A DNA stretch of 64,000 nt from Nitrosopumilus sp. (lineage in GTDB: Archaea > Thermoproteota > Nitrososphaeria > Nitrososphaerales > Nitrosopumilaceae): positions 960,001 through 1,024,000 of the forward strand of contig OZ241981.1 in NCBI GenBank assembly GCA_965204345.1. Reading direction: 5' to 3'. Position numbers and translations under genes: made by a program. The notes below the pieces were generated by a model. The model was not told the origin of the DNA. It did not search any database and saw nothing but the letters and a program-made list of their open reading frames with translations. The number at the start of each line of letters is the position of its first letter. Within the stretch, counting starts at the first letter, position 1. Of this stretch, positions 30,337 to 40,902 are shown in pieces.

Positions 30337-31516
30337 GACTCAGAGTAGAGATAATTTTGATGACATCGCCGTTGCTTAACTTTTGATCACCGCCAATCCT
30401 TTGTTTTGTCTTGCAATCAATAGCATGTAAGAATCCCTTTGCAATGTCTGCATGAATCAGACTTGCCAGATCCTTGGCAGTGGAATCCTGCGGGACCAGC
30501 TTTGCATCAGGGAGGATAACGCCATCCTTGTTTGTTAGTTTTGTCTCATCCTCTACAGGATAGACTGCAATGAATTTCAGCGAATCAAATACGGCAGTGT
30601 TTAAAATTTTTTGAATGCCAGTGGAGGGAATCTTTGAGAAGACTGATTTTACCAAGTCAAGGGCCTTTTGTTGGGGCAAGGGAATTTCTTTTCCCTCAAC
30701 TAACGCAAAACCCCCATCACCGGAGGAGTAATTTACAATGCCTGCCTTTGATGCCTTGCGTAAAAGCAGCTCAGTCTCGGCACTGCATGGAATAACATTA
30801 TCTGAAATTTTTTTAACAATATCAAGATCCTGGCAGAGATCGGCCTTGTTTGCTGCAATGACCATAGGCTTTGTATCTTTTCTTAGCTCTTTGACAAAGG
30901 TTTCAATGTCATCATCGCTCCATTCTTTTGGGTTTTTGGTCATAAATCCCAACTTTTGAAGAACTTTCTGGACTTGGAAATCTTTGATTCCCAACCCGGA
31001 GAATCTTTTTGCAATGCCGTCAGTAAGCTTGGCTCGCTTTTGATCTATCTCGCGAGTTACCTTGTCCCATTCTCTCTTCAAGATATCTGCAAACCATTGA
31101 TCAAACTCGTTTTGTACAAAGGCAATATCCTCCAGTGGATTATGGGTGCCAATAGATACTGGCTGCCCTTGGATGTCAGTTGTTCCGGCAATATCGACAA
31201 CATGGATTAAAACCTCGGCCTGTCTTGCATCATCAAGAAACTGATTTCCCAGTCCCTTTCCCTGATGGGCACCGGGAACTAGCCCTGCAACATCAATTAT
31301 CTTAACTGGAATGAGCCTGGTCCCATCTACACATAGTTCGTTTTGGTGTTTGATTTTAAAGAATTTGCAGGCACAGTCTGCTTTGAGATGGGCTACTCCA
31401 ATGTTTGGCTCAATTGTAGTAAACGGAAAGTTTCCTGTAGTCACCAGAGTTTCAGTTGCAGCAGAGAAGAATGTGGACTTTCCGACATTTGCTTTTCCTA
31501 ACAATCCAATTTGCAA
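30329..31516 (-). CDS. ychF: YchF/OLA1-family ATPase/GTPase with TGS domain
   Basis: GKANVGKST, FPFTTIEPN, DVAGLV, ANKAD; start placed at TTG 31516. Confidence 0.92.
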   Translation of the reverse strand: MQIGLLGKANVGKSTFFSAATETLVTTGNFPFTTIEPNIGVAHLKADCACKFFKIKHQNELCVDGTRLIPVKIIDVAGLVPGAHQGKGLGNQFLDDARQAEVLIHVVDIAGTTDIQGQPVSIGTHNPLEDIAFVQNEFDQWFADILKREWDKVTREIDQKRAKLTDGIAKRFSGLGIKDFQVQKVLQKLGFMTKNPKEWSDDDIETFVKELRKDTKPMVIAANKADLCQDLDIVKKISDNVIPCSAETELLLRKASKAGIVNYSSGDGGFALVEGKEIPLPQQKALDLVKSVFSKIPSTGIQKILNTAVFDSLKFIAVYPVEDETKLTNKDGVILPDAKLVPQDSTAKDLASLIHADIAKGFLHAIDCKTKQRIGGDQKLSNGDVIKIISTLSRG

Positions 31517-31589
31517 TAATGTAAAAAATCCAATTCTACTTATTAGTATTGCAGAAATCATTTAATCTGCAGGATTGTGAGTTCAGTAC

Positions 31590-32156
31590 ATGTCAATTGT
31601 AATTACGGGCAGTCCGGGGGTTGGAAAGCACACCATAGCACACAAGATCGCCGAGAAGCTAAGGCTTCAGATCTTAGATATCAATGCAGTTGCAAGGGAT
31701 TCAGGATTATTTGAAGAAGATCAGGAGGATGATACAAGCGACGTAGATGTTAAGCAGCTAAAAGAGATCTTAAGACAGAGGATTTCAACGAAAAGTACAG
31801 TAGTTGTGGGCCACCTGGCCCCATATGTTCTAGAAAAGGACCAAGTGAAGACTGTGATAGTGCTTAGAAGGAGTCCCTATGACTTGGTTTTAGTTTATCA
31901 AGGGAGAAAATATTCTCAAAGTAAAATCAAAGAGAATGCGGCAAGTGAAATTTTAGGAATCATTGCACATGATGCAATTGCCAAATTTCAGGAGAAGGTA
32001 TTTCAGATCAACGTAAGCGGCAAAACAATTCCCCAGGTGGCAGAAAATCTCATAGGGGCAATTGCAAGAAATCTCAGAAATAATGAAGACAAAGAGGTTG
32101 ACTGGCTGGAATTAGTACGAAAAAACAATGACTTGGAAAAATTTTTTGTTGATTGA
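31590..32156 (+). CDS. Adenylate kinase AK6/Fap7 family
   Basis: ITGSPGVGK, VVGH, R.Y...KIKEN..SE. Confidence 0.85.
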   Translation: MSIVITGSPGVGKHTIAHKIAEKLRLQILDINAVARDSGLFEEDQEDDTSDVDVKQLKEILRQRISTKSTVVVGHLAPYVLEKDQVKTVIVLRRSPYDLVLVYQGRKYSQSKIKENAASEILGIIAHDAIAKFQEKVFQINVSGKTIPQVAENLIGAIARNLRNNEDKEVDWLELVRKNNDLEKFFVD

Positions 32157-32175
32157 TTAAATAGCACCCTTTGAT

Positions 32176-33705
32176 TTGATTAATTGCTTGTTTGAGATTT
32201 CTAAAACGGATTTGGCCGGCAGAATAGGTACGCTCTACACAAATCATGGCAAAATCCAGACCCCGGCATACGTTCCGGTAATCCATCCCGTTAAACAAAC
32301 CATTCCATCCAAAAAAATCAGGGAGATGGGTTTTGATCTGGTAATTACCAATGCATACATTACTAGAAACAGTTACGGGGAGAATGCAGTCAAAAAAGGG
32401 ATTCACAGGATAATTGATTTTGATGGCGCAGTTATGACAGACTCTGGCGGATATCAGGTTCTCGAATATGGGGATGTCGATGTATTGCCGCCGGATATGG
32501 CAGACTTTGAGAGAGGCATAATGACGGACTTTGCAATTCCGCTTGACAAGCCGACAGGATATGGAATGCCAATTAAAAAGGCAGAGGCATATGTAAAACA
32601 CACCCTAAGTGTCTGCAAGCAGACACTGAAGGACAGCAAAGACAATGGTCAGATTTGGATAGGTCCAATCCAGGGAGGGGAGCATTTTGATCTTGTTGGC
32701 AGGTCTACAAAAGGTCTGATCAGCATGGGATTTCGGATGCTGGCACTGGGAAGTCCGGTTGAATTTATGGAATCATACGAATACAGACTGCTGGCACAGA
32801 TGATTGTGGCAGCAAAAAAACAGATGCCACACTCGGTTCCTTTGCATCTGTTTGGTGCGGGGCATCCCCTTACCATACCATTTGCAATAGCTCTGGGATG
32901 CGATACTTTTGATTCGGCATCATACATGCTATATGCCAAGCAGCTAAGATACATCACCGATGATGGGACGCGTTATTTGTCAGATATTGTGACATTTCCC
33001 TGTAACTGCCAGATATGTTCAAGATATACCCCAGATGAATTTCGCCAATTGCAAGATGTACAAAAAATCAACGAGCTGGCAATTCATAACCTGTATGCAA
33101 TAAAGCTTGAAGTCGACAGGGTAAAGCAGGCAATCTGCGAGGGAAGGCTGTGGGAATACGTAATCAAAAAGGCAAGGGCCCATCCAAAATTGTTTGAGAT
33201 GATTGAAGTAATGACTGAAAACTATGAGTTTCTAGGTCTGGGTACCCCCAAGTTCAAAGAAAGGGCAATCTTTTTGTTTGGCCAAGAGGATCAATACAGG
33301 CCAGAGGTTCAGTCGTTCCATAAAATGGTTAGAAGATTCAAATCAAAGAAAAAGAGACTAGTCGTCACTGGAGAATCAAGCACAAAGCCGGGATATCTCT
33401 CACGTCAGTATGCCGAACTAAAAAAGAGACTAGGAGGAGATTTTGAATTGTTTCAAATCTGCCAGTACAATCCAGTTCTGGGATTAATACCAATTGAAAT
33501 TTCAGACGTGTTTCCTGCTGCCCATCATGAGACATCTAGATTAGACTTTAGGCCAGAAGACTTTCCCGTGTTTGAGAAGACATGGAACAGTTTCTTTGCA
33601 AACAACAAATTCTCAGAGATACGCTATGACAAGGAGGACAAGTTTCTAAGATACTTTGTAAAGAGGCAGCTGCCAAAGCAGATCAAGAAAAAATCTTTTG
33701 CATAA
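32176..33705 (+). CDS. tgtA: Archaeosine tRNA-guanine(15) transglycosylase
   Basis: TDSGGYQ, LFGAGHP, GCDTFDSASY, CxCxxC...HN zinc site. Confidence 0.95.
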   Translation: MINCLFEISKTDLAGRIGTLYTNHGKIQTPAYVPVIHPVKQTIPSKKIREMGFDLVITNAYITRNSYGENAVKKGIHRIIDFDGAVMTDSGGYQVLEYGDVDVLPPDMADFERGIMTDFAIPLDKPTGYGMPIKKAEAYVKHTLSVCKQTLKDSKDNGQIWIGPIQGGEHFDLVGRSTKGLISMGFRMLALGSPVEFMESYEYRLLAQMIVAAKKQMPHSVPLHLFGAGHPLTIPFAIALGCDTFDSASYMLYAKQLRYITDDGTRYLSDIVTFPCNCQICSRYTPDEFRQLQDVQKINELAIHNLYAIKLEVDRVKQAICEGRLWEYVIKKARAHPKLFEMIEVMTENYEFLGLGTPKFKERAIFLFGQEDQYRPEVQSFHKMVRRFKSKKKRLVVTGESSTKPGYLSRQYAELKKRLGGDFELFQICQYNPVLGLIPIEISDVFPAAHHETSRLDFRPEDFPVFEKTWNSFFANNKFSEIRYDKEDKFLRYFVKRQLPKQIKKKSFA

Positions 33706-33743
33706 TCAAAAATAAGAAAAAAGAATGTGCTAAAGATGCCTGC

Positions 33744-34046
33744 TTATAATGCGGCGTCTTCTGCCCAACCTTTGATGAAGACACCGTTTTTGTGAAGAGG
33801 TACTGGTTGTCCAGCAGTGTAATTCATTGGTCTCATCCAAAAGATTGATTTTGTTGGGCATACACCGATGCATGCACCATCAGAAATACATCTTTCTGGG
33901 TAGAAAACAAATGCCTTACCTCTCTTCCAGCCTTCAACAGGTTTTACCCTAAGGACATCAGGACCAAGAGTTGTACAGATTTCTACACATAGTGCACATC
34001 CGATACATCTTTGCTCATCAATGTCTGGAAGTATTGCTATTGGCAT
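33744..34046 (-). CDS. 2[4Fe-4S]-type ferredoxin
   Basis: CIGCALCVEIC and CISDGACIGVCP. Confidence 0.9.
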   Translation of the reverse strand: MPIAILPDIDEQRCIGCALCVEICTTLGPDVLRVKPVEGWKRGKAFVFYPERCISDGACIGVCPTKSIFWMRPMNYTAGQPVPLHKNGVFIKGWAEDAAL

Positions 34047-34188
34047 TACAAATACGTTAATGCTTGGTGGCTATTTAAACCATGATTGAAATTCATAACC
34101 CTGTTATGAAAAAGATCGACAGCGAATTCATGCGCAGAATCTAGGCTAGGAAAATTTAAAAAACAAAAAGATAACGTGATGTGCACGT

Positions 34189-34401
34189 TTATTTTCTCAT
34201 TGCATCTATCTGACCAGAAGTTACCCAGTCAAGTAGTTCTGCTGAAGAAGGATTAAGGTCTGCTTTTTGATTCATCAGATTGTTAACCCAGATCCAGTTA
34301 ATTTGGTTTAGAAGTACTTTATTTCCTTCATCGCCTGCACGAGTTTTTGCTACGATAGCCTGATCTTGTTGAGCTATCCACTCATCATAGGTTCGTCCCA
34401 T
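34189..34401 (-). CDS. Small conserved hypothetical protein
   Basis: Intact 70-aa ORF with upstream TTTAAT. Confidence 0.7.
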   Translation of the reverse strand: MGRTYDEWIAQQDQAIVAKTRAGDEGNKVLLNQINWIWVNNLMNQKADLNPSSAELLDWVTSGQIDAMRK

Positions 34402-34514
34402 GAGGATCGAATCTTAGCTTACACTAATTAAAGCTTTTGTAGATTCCATGGTAAGCACAATGATCGGCTTGGATTTGAGAAGGTTTTAACGTAGATAAGT
34501 TTGGATTTTAATCC

Positions 34515-35780
34515 TTGGATGTTAAAGTTTTAGGTGCTGCAAACGAGGTTGGCAGATCAGGATTTCTGGTAAATTGCAACGGAACCAAGCTGCTGCTAGA
34601 TTATGGGGTAATGTTTGGCAGAAGAGGCACCCCCCCGCAATATCCACTGCATGTAAAACCAAAAGATTTGGATGCCATCATAATCACTCATGCCCACTTG
34701 GATCATTCAGGAAATGTTCCGTCTTTGTTTGTAAGTGGCAATACAGACGTGTATGCCACCCCCCCAACATTTGATCTTTCAAAATTATTAATTGAGGATA
34801 TGCTAAAAATTGAGAAAAATTCCCATTCCTTTGACTTGCCTGAGGTAAACAACATGATGAGAAATGCCAAAGAGATAGGGTTTGGACAGAAGGTTGCAAG
34901 GGGGGATGCGACCTTTGAGTTAAGGGAATCAGGACATGTGATTGGCGGAAGTACGGTATTAGTAGAGTCGGAGAGAAAACGTCTCTTCTATACTGGGGAT
35001 ATCAAGACAAATGGCTCCAGAATGCTCAGAGAGATGGATTTGGATATTGGGGAGATTGACTTGCTAATTACTGAGAGTACCTATGCAAAGACAGAACAGA
35101 AACCAAGAAAAGAGTCTGAAAACGAACTTATAGAATTTGCAAATGAGGTCATGGACAGAAAGGGAATTTTGTTTATTCCATCGTTTTCTGTTGAGCGCTC
35201 CCAGGAGATAGCATGTATTTTGAAAAGTTCAAACTTTAAGCATAAAATTATCATGGACGGAATGGCACTAAAGGTAAATGAGATAATGTTCAAGCATCCA
35301 GAATATCTGAGGGATCCCAAGGTATTTTCAGAGGCAATAAAAAGTGCAACAGCAGTAAGGGAACACGCTGAAAGAAAGAGAGCTATGGGAGAACCCTGTG
35401 TTGTGATTTCTCCGGCAGGAATGCTGGTGGGCGGAAATGCCGTTTATTATCTCCAACAGTTGTCTTTTGATAGCAAAAATGGGATTGCCCTGGTCTCATA
35501 TCAGGGTGAGGGTACGCCAGGCAAGAAACTGCTAGATACCGGAATGGTCTCCACCAGAGGAAAAGACCTTGCAGTCAAGGCCCAGGTAAAGCAATTCCAG
35601 TTTTCAGGACATGCAGACAGAAAGGAGCTCTTTGAGATGATCAGGCAGATAAAGGGAAATCCAAAAGTGTGCACCGTTCACGGGGATGCAGAGTCATGTG
35701 AGATGTTTGCCCAAGAGATTCACGAGAAGTTCGGCCTAGAGACGTTTTCACCTGCAGTAAATGATCAAATAACCATCTAA
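34515..35780 (+). CDS. Beta-CASP metallo-beta-lactamase ribonuclease
   Basis: EVGRS, THAHLDH, GHVIG, YTGD, ESTY, SGHAD, VHGD. Confidence 0.92.
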   Translation: MDVKVLGAANEVGRSGFLVNCNGTKLLLDYGVMFGRRGTPPQYPLHVKPKDLDAIIITHAHLDHSGNVPSLFVSGNTDVYATPPTFDLSKLLIEDMLKIEKNSHSFDLPEVNNMMRNAKEIGFGQKVARGDATFELRESGHVIGGSTVLVESERKRLFYTGDIKTNGSRMLREMDLDIGEIDLLITESTYAKTEQKPRKESENELIEFANEVMDRKGILFIPSFSVERSQEIACILKSSNFKHKIIMDGMALKVNEIMFKHPEYLRDPKVFSEAIKSATAVREHAERKRAMGEPCVVISPAGMLVGGNAVYYLQQLSFDSKNGIALVSYQGEGTPGKKLLDTGMVSTRGKDLAVKAQVKQFQFSGHADRKELFEMIRQIKGNPKVCTVHGDAESCEMFAQEIHEKFGLETFSPAVNDQITI

Positions 35781-35781
35781 A

Positions 35782-36624
35782 ATGCGGAAAAACTGTGTCA
35801 TAGACGTAGAAAATTCAATTAACAGCGGCCAGGTGTTTCTTTGGAGAAAAAAAGGCAGGTACTGGTACGGGGTAAACGGCCAGGACATCCTAAAAATAAC
35901 TGGTTCTGGAGTCCTAAGATCCTATCAGAACAAAAAGACTGATTTTTTTCGAAGGAGGGACAATATTGAGAAAATAATCAGATCAATCTCAAGGGATGAG
36001 ATTACAAGAAAGGCAGTAAGGCGGTACTTGGGACTGAGAATACTTGAGCAGGATCCGTTTCAATGCCTGATTTCATTTATTGTGTCCTCAAACTCTAACA
36101 TTCAAAAAATTAAAAACAGCTTGGAAAAGATTTCAGAAAAGTTTGGAAGCCCAGTAAAGTTTGATGGCCAAAAGTTTTTCTTGTTTCCCAAACCATCTGA
36201 CCTTGCCGGGGCATCAATAGAGGACATAAAAGATTGCAGTGTCGGATACCGTGCCAGATTCATCAGGGAGGCCTCAGAGATGGTTTTATCAAAAAAGATT
36301 GATTTTGAGTCCTTGCAAAAAAGCAGTTACCAGAAAGCAAAGACTAAGATTTGCCAGATTCCAGGAGTCGGAAACAAGGTTGCTGACTGTGTCTTGTTAT
36401 TTTCACTAGACAAGCTGGAGGCCTTTCCTTTAGACAGGTGGATGATGAGAATACTGGCAAAATATTATGCCAGAGAATTACAGATTGATACTACTTCTAT
36501 TACAGAAAAACAGTACGGGGTCCTTCACCAAAAGATTGTGAGTCATTTTGGTCCGTTTGCAGGATACTCGCAGCAGTTTCTCTTCAAAATGGAAAGAGAA
36601 GACCATCAGAAAAAGTGGCTGTAA
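35782..36624 (+). CDS. ogg: 8-oxoguanine DNA glycosylase (HhH-GPD)
   Basis: SGQVF, QDPFQCLISFI.SSN, PGVGNKVADC, FPLD, AGYSQQFLF. Confidence 0.9.
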   Translation: MRKNCVIDVENSINSGQVFLWRKKGRYWYGVNGQDILKITGSGVLRSYQNKKTDFFRRRDNIEKIIRSISRDEITRKAVRRYLGLRILEQDPFQCLISFIVSSNSNIQKIKNSLEKISEKFGSPVKFDGQKFFLFPKPSDLAGASIEDIKDCSVGYRARFIREASEMVLSKKIDFESLQKSSYQKAKTKICQIPGVGNKVADCVLLFSLDKLEAFPLDRWMMRILAKYYARELQIDTTSITEKQYGVLHQKIVSHFGPFAGYSQQFLFKMEREDHQKKWL

Positions 36625-36936
36625 ACCCCCAAGTGAACTTGGGATCTTATCATGGTAACGAAGAAATGAGTGTCATGTGTAAAAGACTTGGCATTACAAA
36701 AACTAGTCAGCAATAGTTTAGTCATAAAAAATAGTGATCTGATCATATATGGTTGACTTGGATAATCAAAGTTTTTCTAAATAGTAATTCTGTGGGATTT
36801 GAGTTTTTCAAAGAATCTTAATGAAAGACATTGTGTGATAAATTTGGGCGCAGGGATTTTAGTAATTACTAATCATAATCAAAGTAATCACATATTCAGC
36901 CAAAGATATTTAACTCCATTCTCGCATTGAGTAATC

Positions 36937-37242
36937 TTGCCAGTGAATAAAATGAAAGGAAGAAACAATCTAGTAAACGCTCACATATTGTTACAGTGTG
37001 CAGATCCAAGACACGAAGATATGTGTGAAAAGCTAAGAGATGCACTAGTTGACAATTTTAATGAAGTAAAAGAGGCAGATGTCATTACACAAATTACTGG
37101 CGATGCTGATTTTTGTGTAACTGGCATAGCTAAGATAAATCCAGATAAAGAGCGTCGATTTAAAGCTGCACTTGAAAAGCTGCAAGCAAACTCTAAAGAA
37201 AAATCCAAAGTGAAAAATGTTAGAATTTACATAGAAGCCTGA
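36937..37242 (+). CDS. Hypothetical protein (ferredoxin-like/Lrp-RAM-like pattern)
   Basis: 101-aa ORF with a beta-alpha-beta-beta-alpha-beta pattern; upstream TTTAA. Confidence 0.5.
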   Translation: MPVNKMKGRNNLVNAHILLQCADPRHEDMCEKLRDALVDNFNEVKEADVITQITGDADFCVTGIAKINPDKERRFKAALEKLQANSKEKSKVKNVRIYIEA

Positions 37243-37307
37243 TGAGTTAGCATTAGCAGATACAAGCCATGAACTTATTGCAGATATGATGATGCACTGC
37301 TACGTCT

Positions 37308-37856
37308 TTAGATCGTTTTGACTAATTTCAGCTGCTTGAAAAGTTCCACACCCTCATCAATATCGTCATGAGTGAGTTCCCAGCCTAATTTTTCTGCAGT
37401 TTTAATAGCAACATCATGATCCATTTGTTTTTCTTTGCCCGAATTGTTTTCCAACATAAAGTAGATTTTTGCAACATAAGAGAGTGGGGCAGTTTTTAGG
37501 CTGCAGAATTGCTTACAAGTAGACACCAGATACCTTATTTTTTGATATTCGGTAGGAAATGCCAATTTTATACGATTTGCCATATTTTTCCCATCAGATG
37601 TGAGCCTGTACTTGTATCCTTCATGCGTTCTTTCAGGAATTTTAATTTCCTCGATAAAGGAATACATCACCATTTTTTCTAAAGCCAAACTAAGATCTGG
37701 ACTATAGGGGCCATAATAATGAGGCTTGTAGATAGGCAGGGTGAGTCCCTAGATAGTTTTTTCAGCCAAGTACACCAATTTATGGATCGCTGTTCTTCCA
37801 ACAGTTTCACCTTTATTTGAATCAAGTATTGCTTCTACAGTTTCATAAACATCCAA
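37308..37856 (-). pseudogene. YwgA/Panacea (SocA, DUF4065)-like protein with an in-frame amber stop
   Basis: MDVYETVEAILDSNKGETVGRTAIHKLVYLAEKTI*GLTLPIYKPHYYGPYSPDL...; TAG at 37749-37751; GGTGA upstream of the TTG start. Confidence 0.7.
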
Positions 37857-38197
37857 AAAACATCACCCTTGACTTTATCAAGTCTTCAATACGTATGATG
37901 TTTTTAAAAATATCTCAGACCTAGATTGAACTGCTACTGATTTTAATTTGACATATTTGAAAGCAGAATTGTTCAAGGAAAATAATTTTACATCAATTCA
38001 ATAAAACATGGCGGTATTGCAGTATAACCTCTCTTAAGAAGTACAAAGAAGAAGAGGAAATACCAGATTGGAACATCAAAAACCAAACAGAGAACAAAGA
38101 GGTGTGAGACAGAAAAAATCTAAAAAATAATTATGCCTAGTTGATTGATAGTTTCAATCACTTAAATGCAAGAAAAGATGTTAAAAAAATATGATGC

Positions 38198-38449
38198 ATG
38201 ATAAGGATATTGGAACTGGTGAGAATAATGAAGTATGAATTGATTGTTGATTGTTTGAATAAGACAGGATGTACAAAGATCCGAGAGATAATGGCTGAAA
38301 ATGGATACAAATGCAATATGTTAAATGGCACGTTATTAGGTGATCATGTTGGAGTAAAGAATTTTAAAAACAAATCTTTTGCTAAAGAAGAAGCAAAGAT
38401 GTTATTGAAAAAACATGACAAAATTATAAATCAAATAACAATTAGATGA
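38198..38449 (+). CDS. Hypothetical protein
   Basis: ORF only. Confidence 0.45.
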   Translation: MIRILELVRIMKYELIVDCLNKTGCTKIREIMAENGYKCNMLNGTLLGDHVGVKNFKNKSFAKEEAKMLLKKHDKIINQITIR

Positions 38450-38473
38450 TTCAGAAATCTTTATCGCGTGTAT

Positions 38474-38598
38474 TGCCTGAAAAACACATATCTCCCGGAC
38501 ACATGGGTTCAAATAATCTCTGACAGGTTATGATACTATAGCTTAAATCAGCTAGTAAAATTTACCAATAATCTGATTCATGCCAGAAGCTAAACCCC
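38474..38598 (+). repeat. ~125-bp direct repeat, copy 1
   Basis: Aligns by eye with 44364-44490 (CTGAAAAACACATATCTCC...GAAGCTAAACCCC). Confidence 0.85.
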
Positions 38599-38700
38599 TT
38601 TCTATATTATCTATTATTCAAACATGACTTTTCCATCTGACGTGAGAGCTGAAAATCAGAGCCATCAACAAGAATTTGTACTATTTTATTTTCTACAAGT

Positions 38701-38910
38701 TTAGGGAATGTCGAGACTTGATATCCCAACCATATCCATGTTTTGCATGGTATTTTTTACATCTGGCATTTCTTCAAGATAAAGATGAATTGCTTCTTTG
38801 ATATTTTTTAGCGCCTCATCTATGTTACGACCCTGTGTTGTTACACCGGTGATAACCTCTTTTATGACATACATGTCATCTCCTTTCCAAAATACTGTTT
38901 GAAATTTCAT
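38701..38910 (-). CDS. HicB-like antitoxin (UPF0150)
   Basis: GVTTQGRNIDEALKNIKEAIHLYLE. Confidence 0.85.
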   Translation of the reverse strand: MKFQTVFWKGDDMYVIKEVITGVTTQGRNIDEALKNIKEAIHLYLEEMPDVKNTMQNMDMVGISSLDIP

Positions 38911-39130
38911 ATTCTATTTTCAAGGTCAAATCATTTTAATCTCTTTGGTTTGAGTATTGTAAATCTAATTTGTTTCTATCTTAGAGATACGAGTAAATTC
39001 ATGTGATCTGGCCAAGATATTGGTAACTAATGATATGCAGATTTTCTCGGATTTTTCCTTCCGCTTTGATGAATGTTTTTTTGAAAAAGCCTGCAGAATA
39101 TTCTAGAATTAATTTATTTTCTCTTTTGCT

Positions 39131-39201
39131 CTTACTGAAAAATTATAATCATTGACTAGAATCTTAAATATTTTCGTCTAGTTTTGATTTTTTAGTTTTA
39201 C
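39131..39201 (-). pseudogene. HicA toxin 5' remnant (duplicate of 43105-43203)
   Basis: VKLKNQN*TKIFKILVNDYNFSVR; near-identical DNA to the 43130-43200 copy. Confidence 0.55.
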
Positions 39202-39767
39202 TATTGGATTACACTCTTTAATTCCATTAGTGTCTATGTTAGCAATCACATTTGGTTGGTTTATTGAATTCCATAATGAATGGGCAATACACATCGTTCT
39301 TTGGATAGATATGATGGGTGTTTTGTTTTTTATTTTTGGAATTTACATTTTATGAAATGTCTACAGGTGTCTAAAATAATCTTTTTAGCCAAACACTACT
39401 AGATGCAATTTGCAGAAGGTAGACCCGGATTATCTCTGATTTTTTTTATTGATGATTATGATCCCATGGTTTTACGAAATTAAGTTTCATATCAAATAGT
39501 CGGGTTCTCCTTACATCTAATCTTAATTTAGATTTATCAATTCCAGGAATTAAGGCAAACCAATCAAGAGTTTGGTTGTAATCATGCTCAATCTTTCTAG
39601 TATGATTTATTAACTGAAATATACTTTCTAAAACATGGTAAAAATCGGCTTTAAACCAAAATGGACTTCCCTTCATGACCAGAGAGCAGATGCGTTCCAA
39701 AAACTGTATTTTGAAAAAGATGAAAAAGATATCGTATCTGATCACAGTGATTTTATGAAGTGGGCTT

Positions 39768-40070
39768 ATGGCAAAAAAGCCTAAGCAATATTGGAAGCTG
39801 GGAAAAATTCCTAGCTTCAAAACCAATTTTCTAAAACTAACACCATATGGACAATGGATTGTTGGTAAAACAATCGAGAGTATGCTATGCATAAAAGAAC
39901 CTGAAAAAACATATCAATATACAACCTGTCATGAATGTATACCAGATCTGTATTTATTTGGTATATTGGATGATGGCATTGGAAACAAGGGTTTAGAATT
40001 ACAAATTTACTTGGACAAAAAAAGAAAAATTTTAGTTCCTATAACAGTACGTAAGGTAAATCGTAAATAA
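39768..40070 (+). CDS. Hypothetical protein
   Basis: 100-aa ORF with a CxxC. Confidence 0.45.
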   Translation: MAKKPKQYWKLGKIPSFKTNFLKLTPYGQWIVGKTIESMLCIKEPEKTYQYTTCHECIPDLYLFGILDDGIGNKGLELQIYLDKKRKILVPITVRKVNRK

Positions 40071-40902
40071 TTACTTTCATATATTCCCATCTATCTTCAT
40101 GAAATCATTTAAAATCAATAAAACATTTGTTGTTACTCCTGTAATAAAAAACGTACACTGTTCAATCTCATGATATTTTCATCTAGAGTTGTTATTTGAA
40201 ATCTGCATCATTGCTTTTGCAATTTCTAATCTAGTAATTGCAGTATGTTTGTTTGGTTACAAACGAAGTGATAGATAATGTTGAAGAATTTGCATAGGCA
40301 TCAGGCAACATAGAGATTAATCTTGCAAGTAGCACAAAATTCTTCAAAGTTTCACCAAGTTATTTTATAACCAGATGTATTTCCAAATAATGTAACACTT
40401 TTTCTTGTTTCATATTTCTTTACATATTTTCTCATTTAATGTAAAACTTGAAAATTTGCATAGAATGAGACATGAATTTTTTTATTTCTAACTATTAAAT
40501 AAGCTGATCCTTGATCTATTGTGTTTAAAATTATTTTACAATATTTTTGTCTAATTTCATTATGCCAAATATTGATTAAGATACTAAATCAAATGATACT
40601 TGATGAACCTATTAATGATTAAACTCTAACAAACAATAGTAATAATAGAGTAGTTTGTATCTTTTTCATGGAGAAATTAAAAGCTAAACTTCCACAAAAG
40701 TGGATTCAAGCTATTGATGAACATGCACATATGATGAAGTGTTCCAAATCTGACTGGCTTAATTTTATGATAAAGTGTGGAATAACCGTCATTGCTCAAG
40801 AAATAAACTATAACAAAGCAGGTGATGAAATAGGAGTGGGGGTTTGTAATTCCATAAAGGGTGCAAAGCTGACATTAGATGTTAATGATATTGGTTCCGT
40901 AC

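Noticed and set aside
36660-36775. Possible integrase remnant (MCKRLGITK...IYG*)
   Set aside because: Too short and degenerate; catalytic HxxR and Tyr are not visible
36845-36859. TGGGCGCAGGGATTT as a tRNA 3' fragment (att site) at the island edge
   Set aside because: No T-loop consensus and no match to the tRNA-Arg at 46123
39446-39892. 148-aa minus-strand ORF
   Set aside because: It overlaps the 39768 ORF on the opposite strand, runs into a repeat fragment and has no recognisable motif
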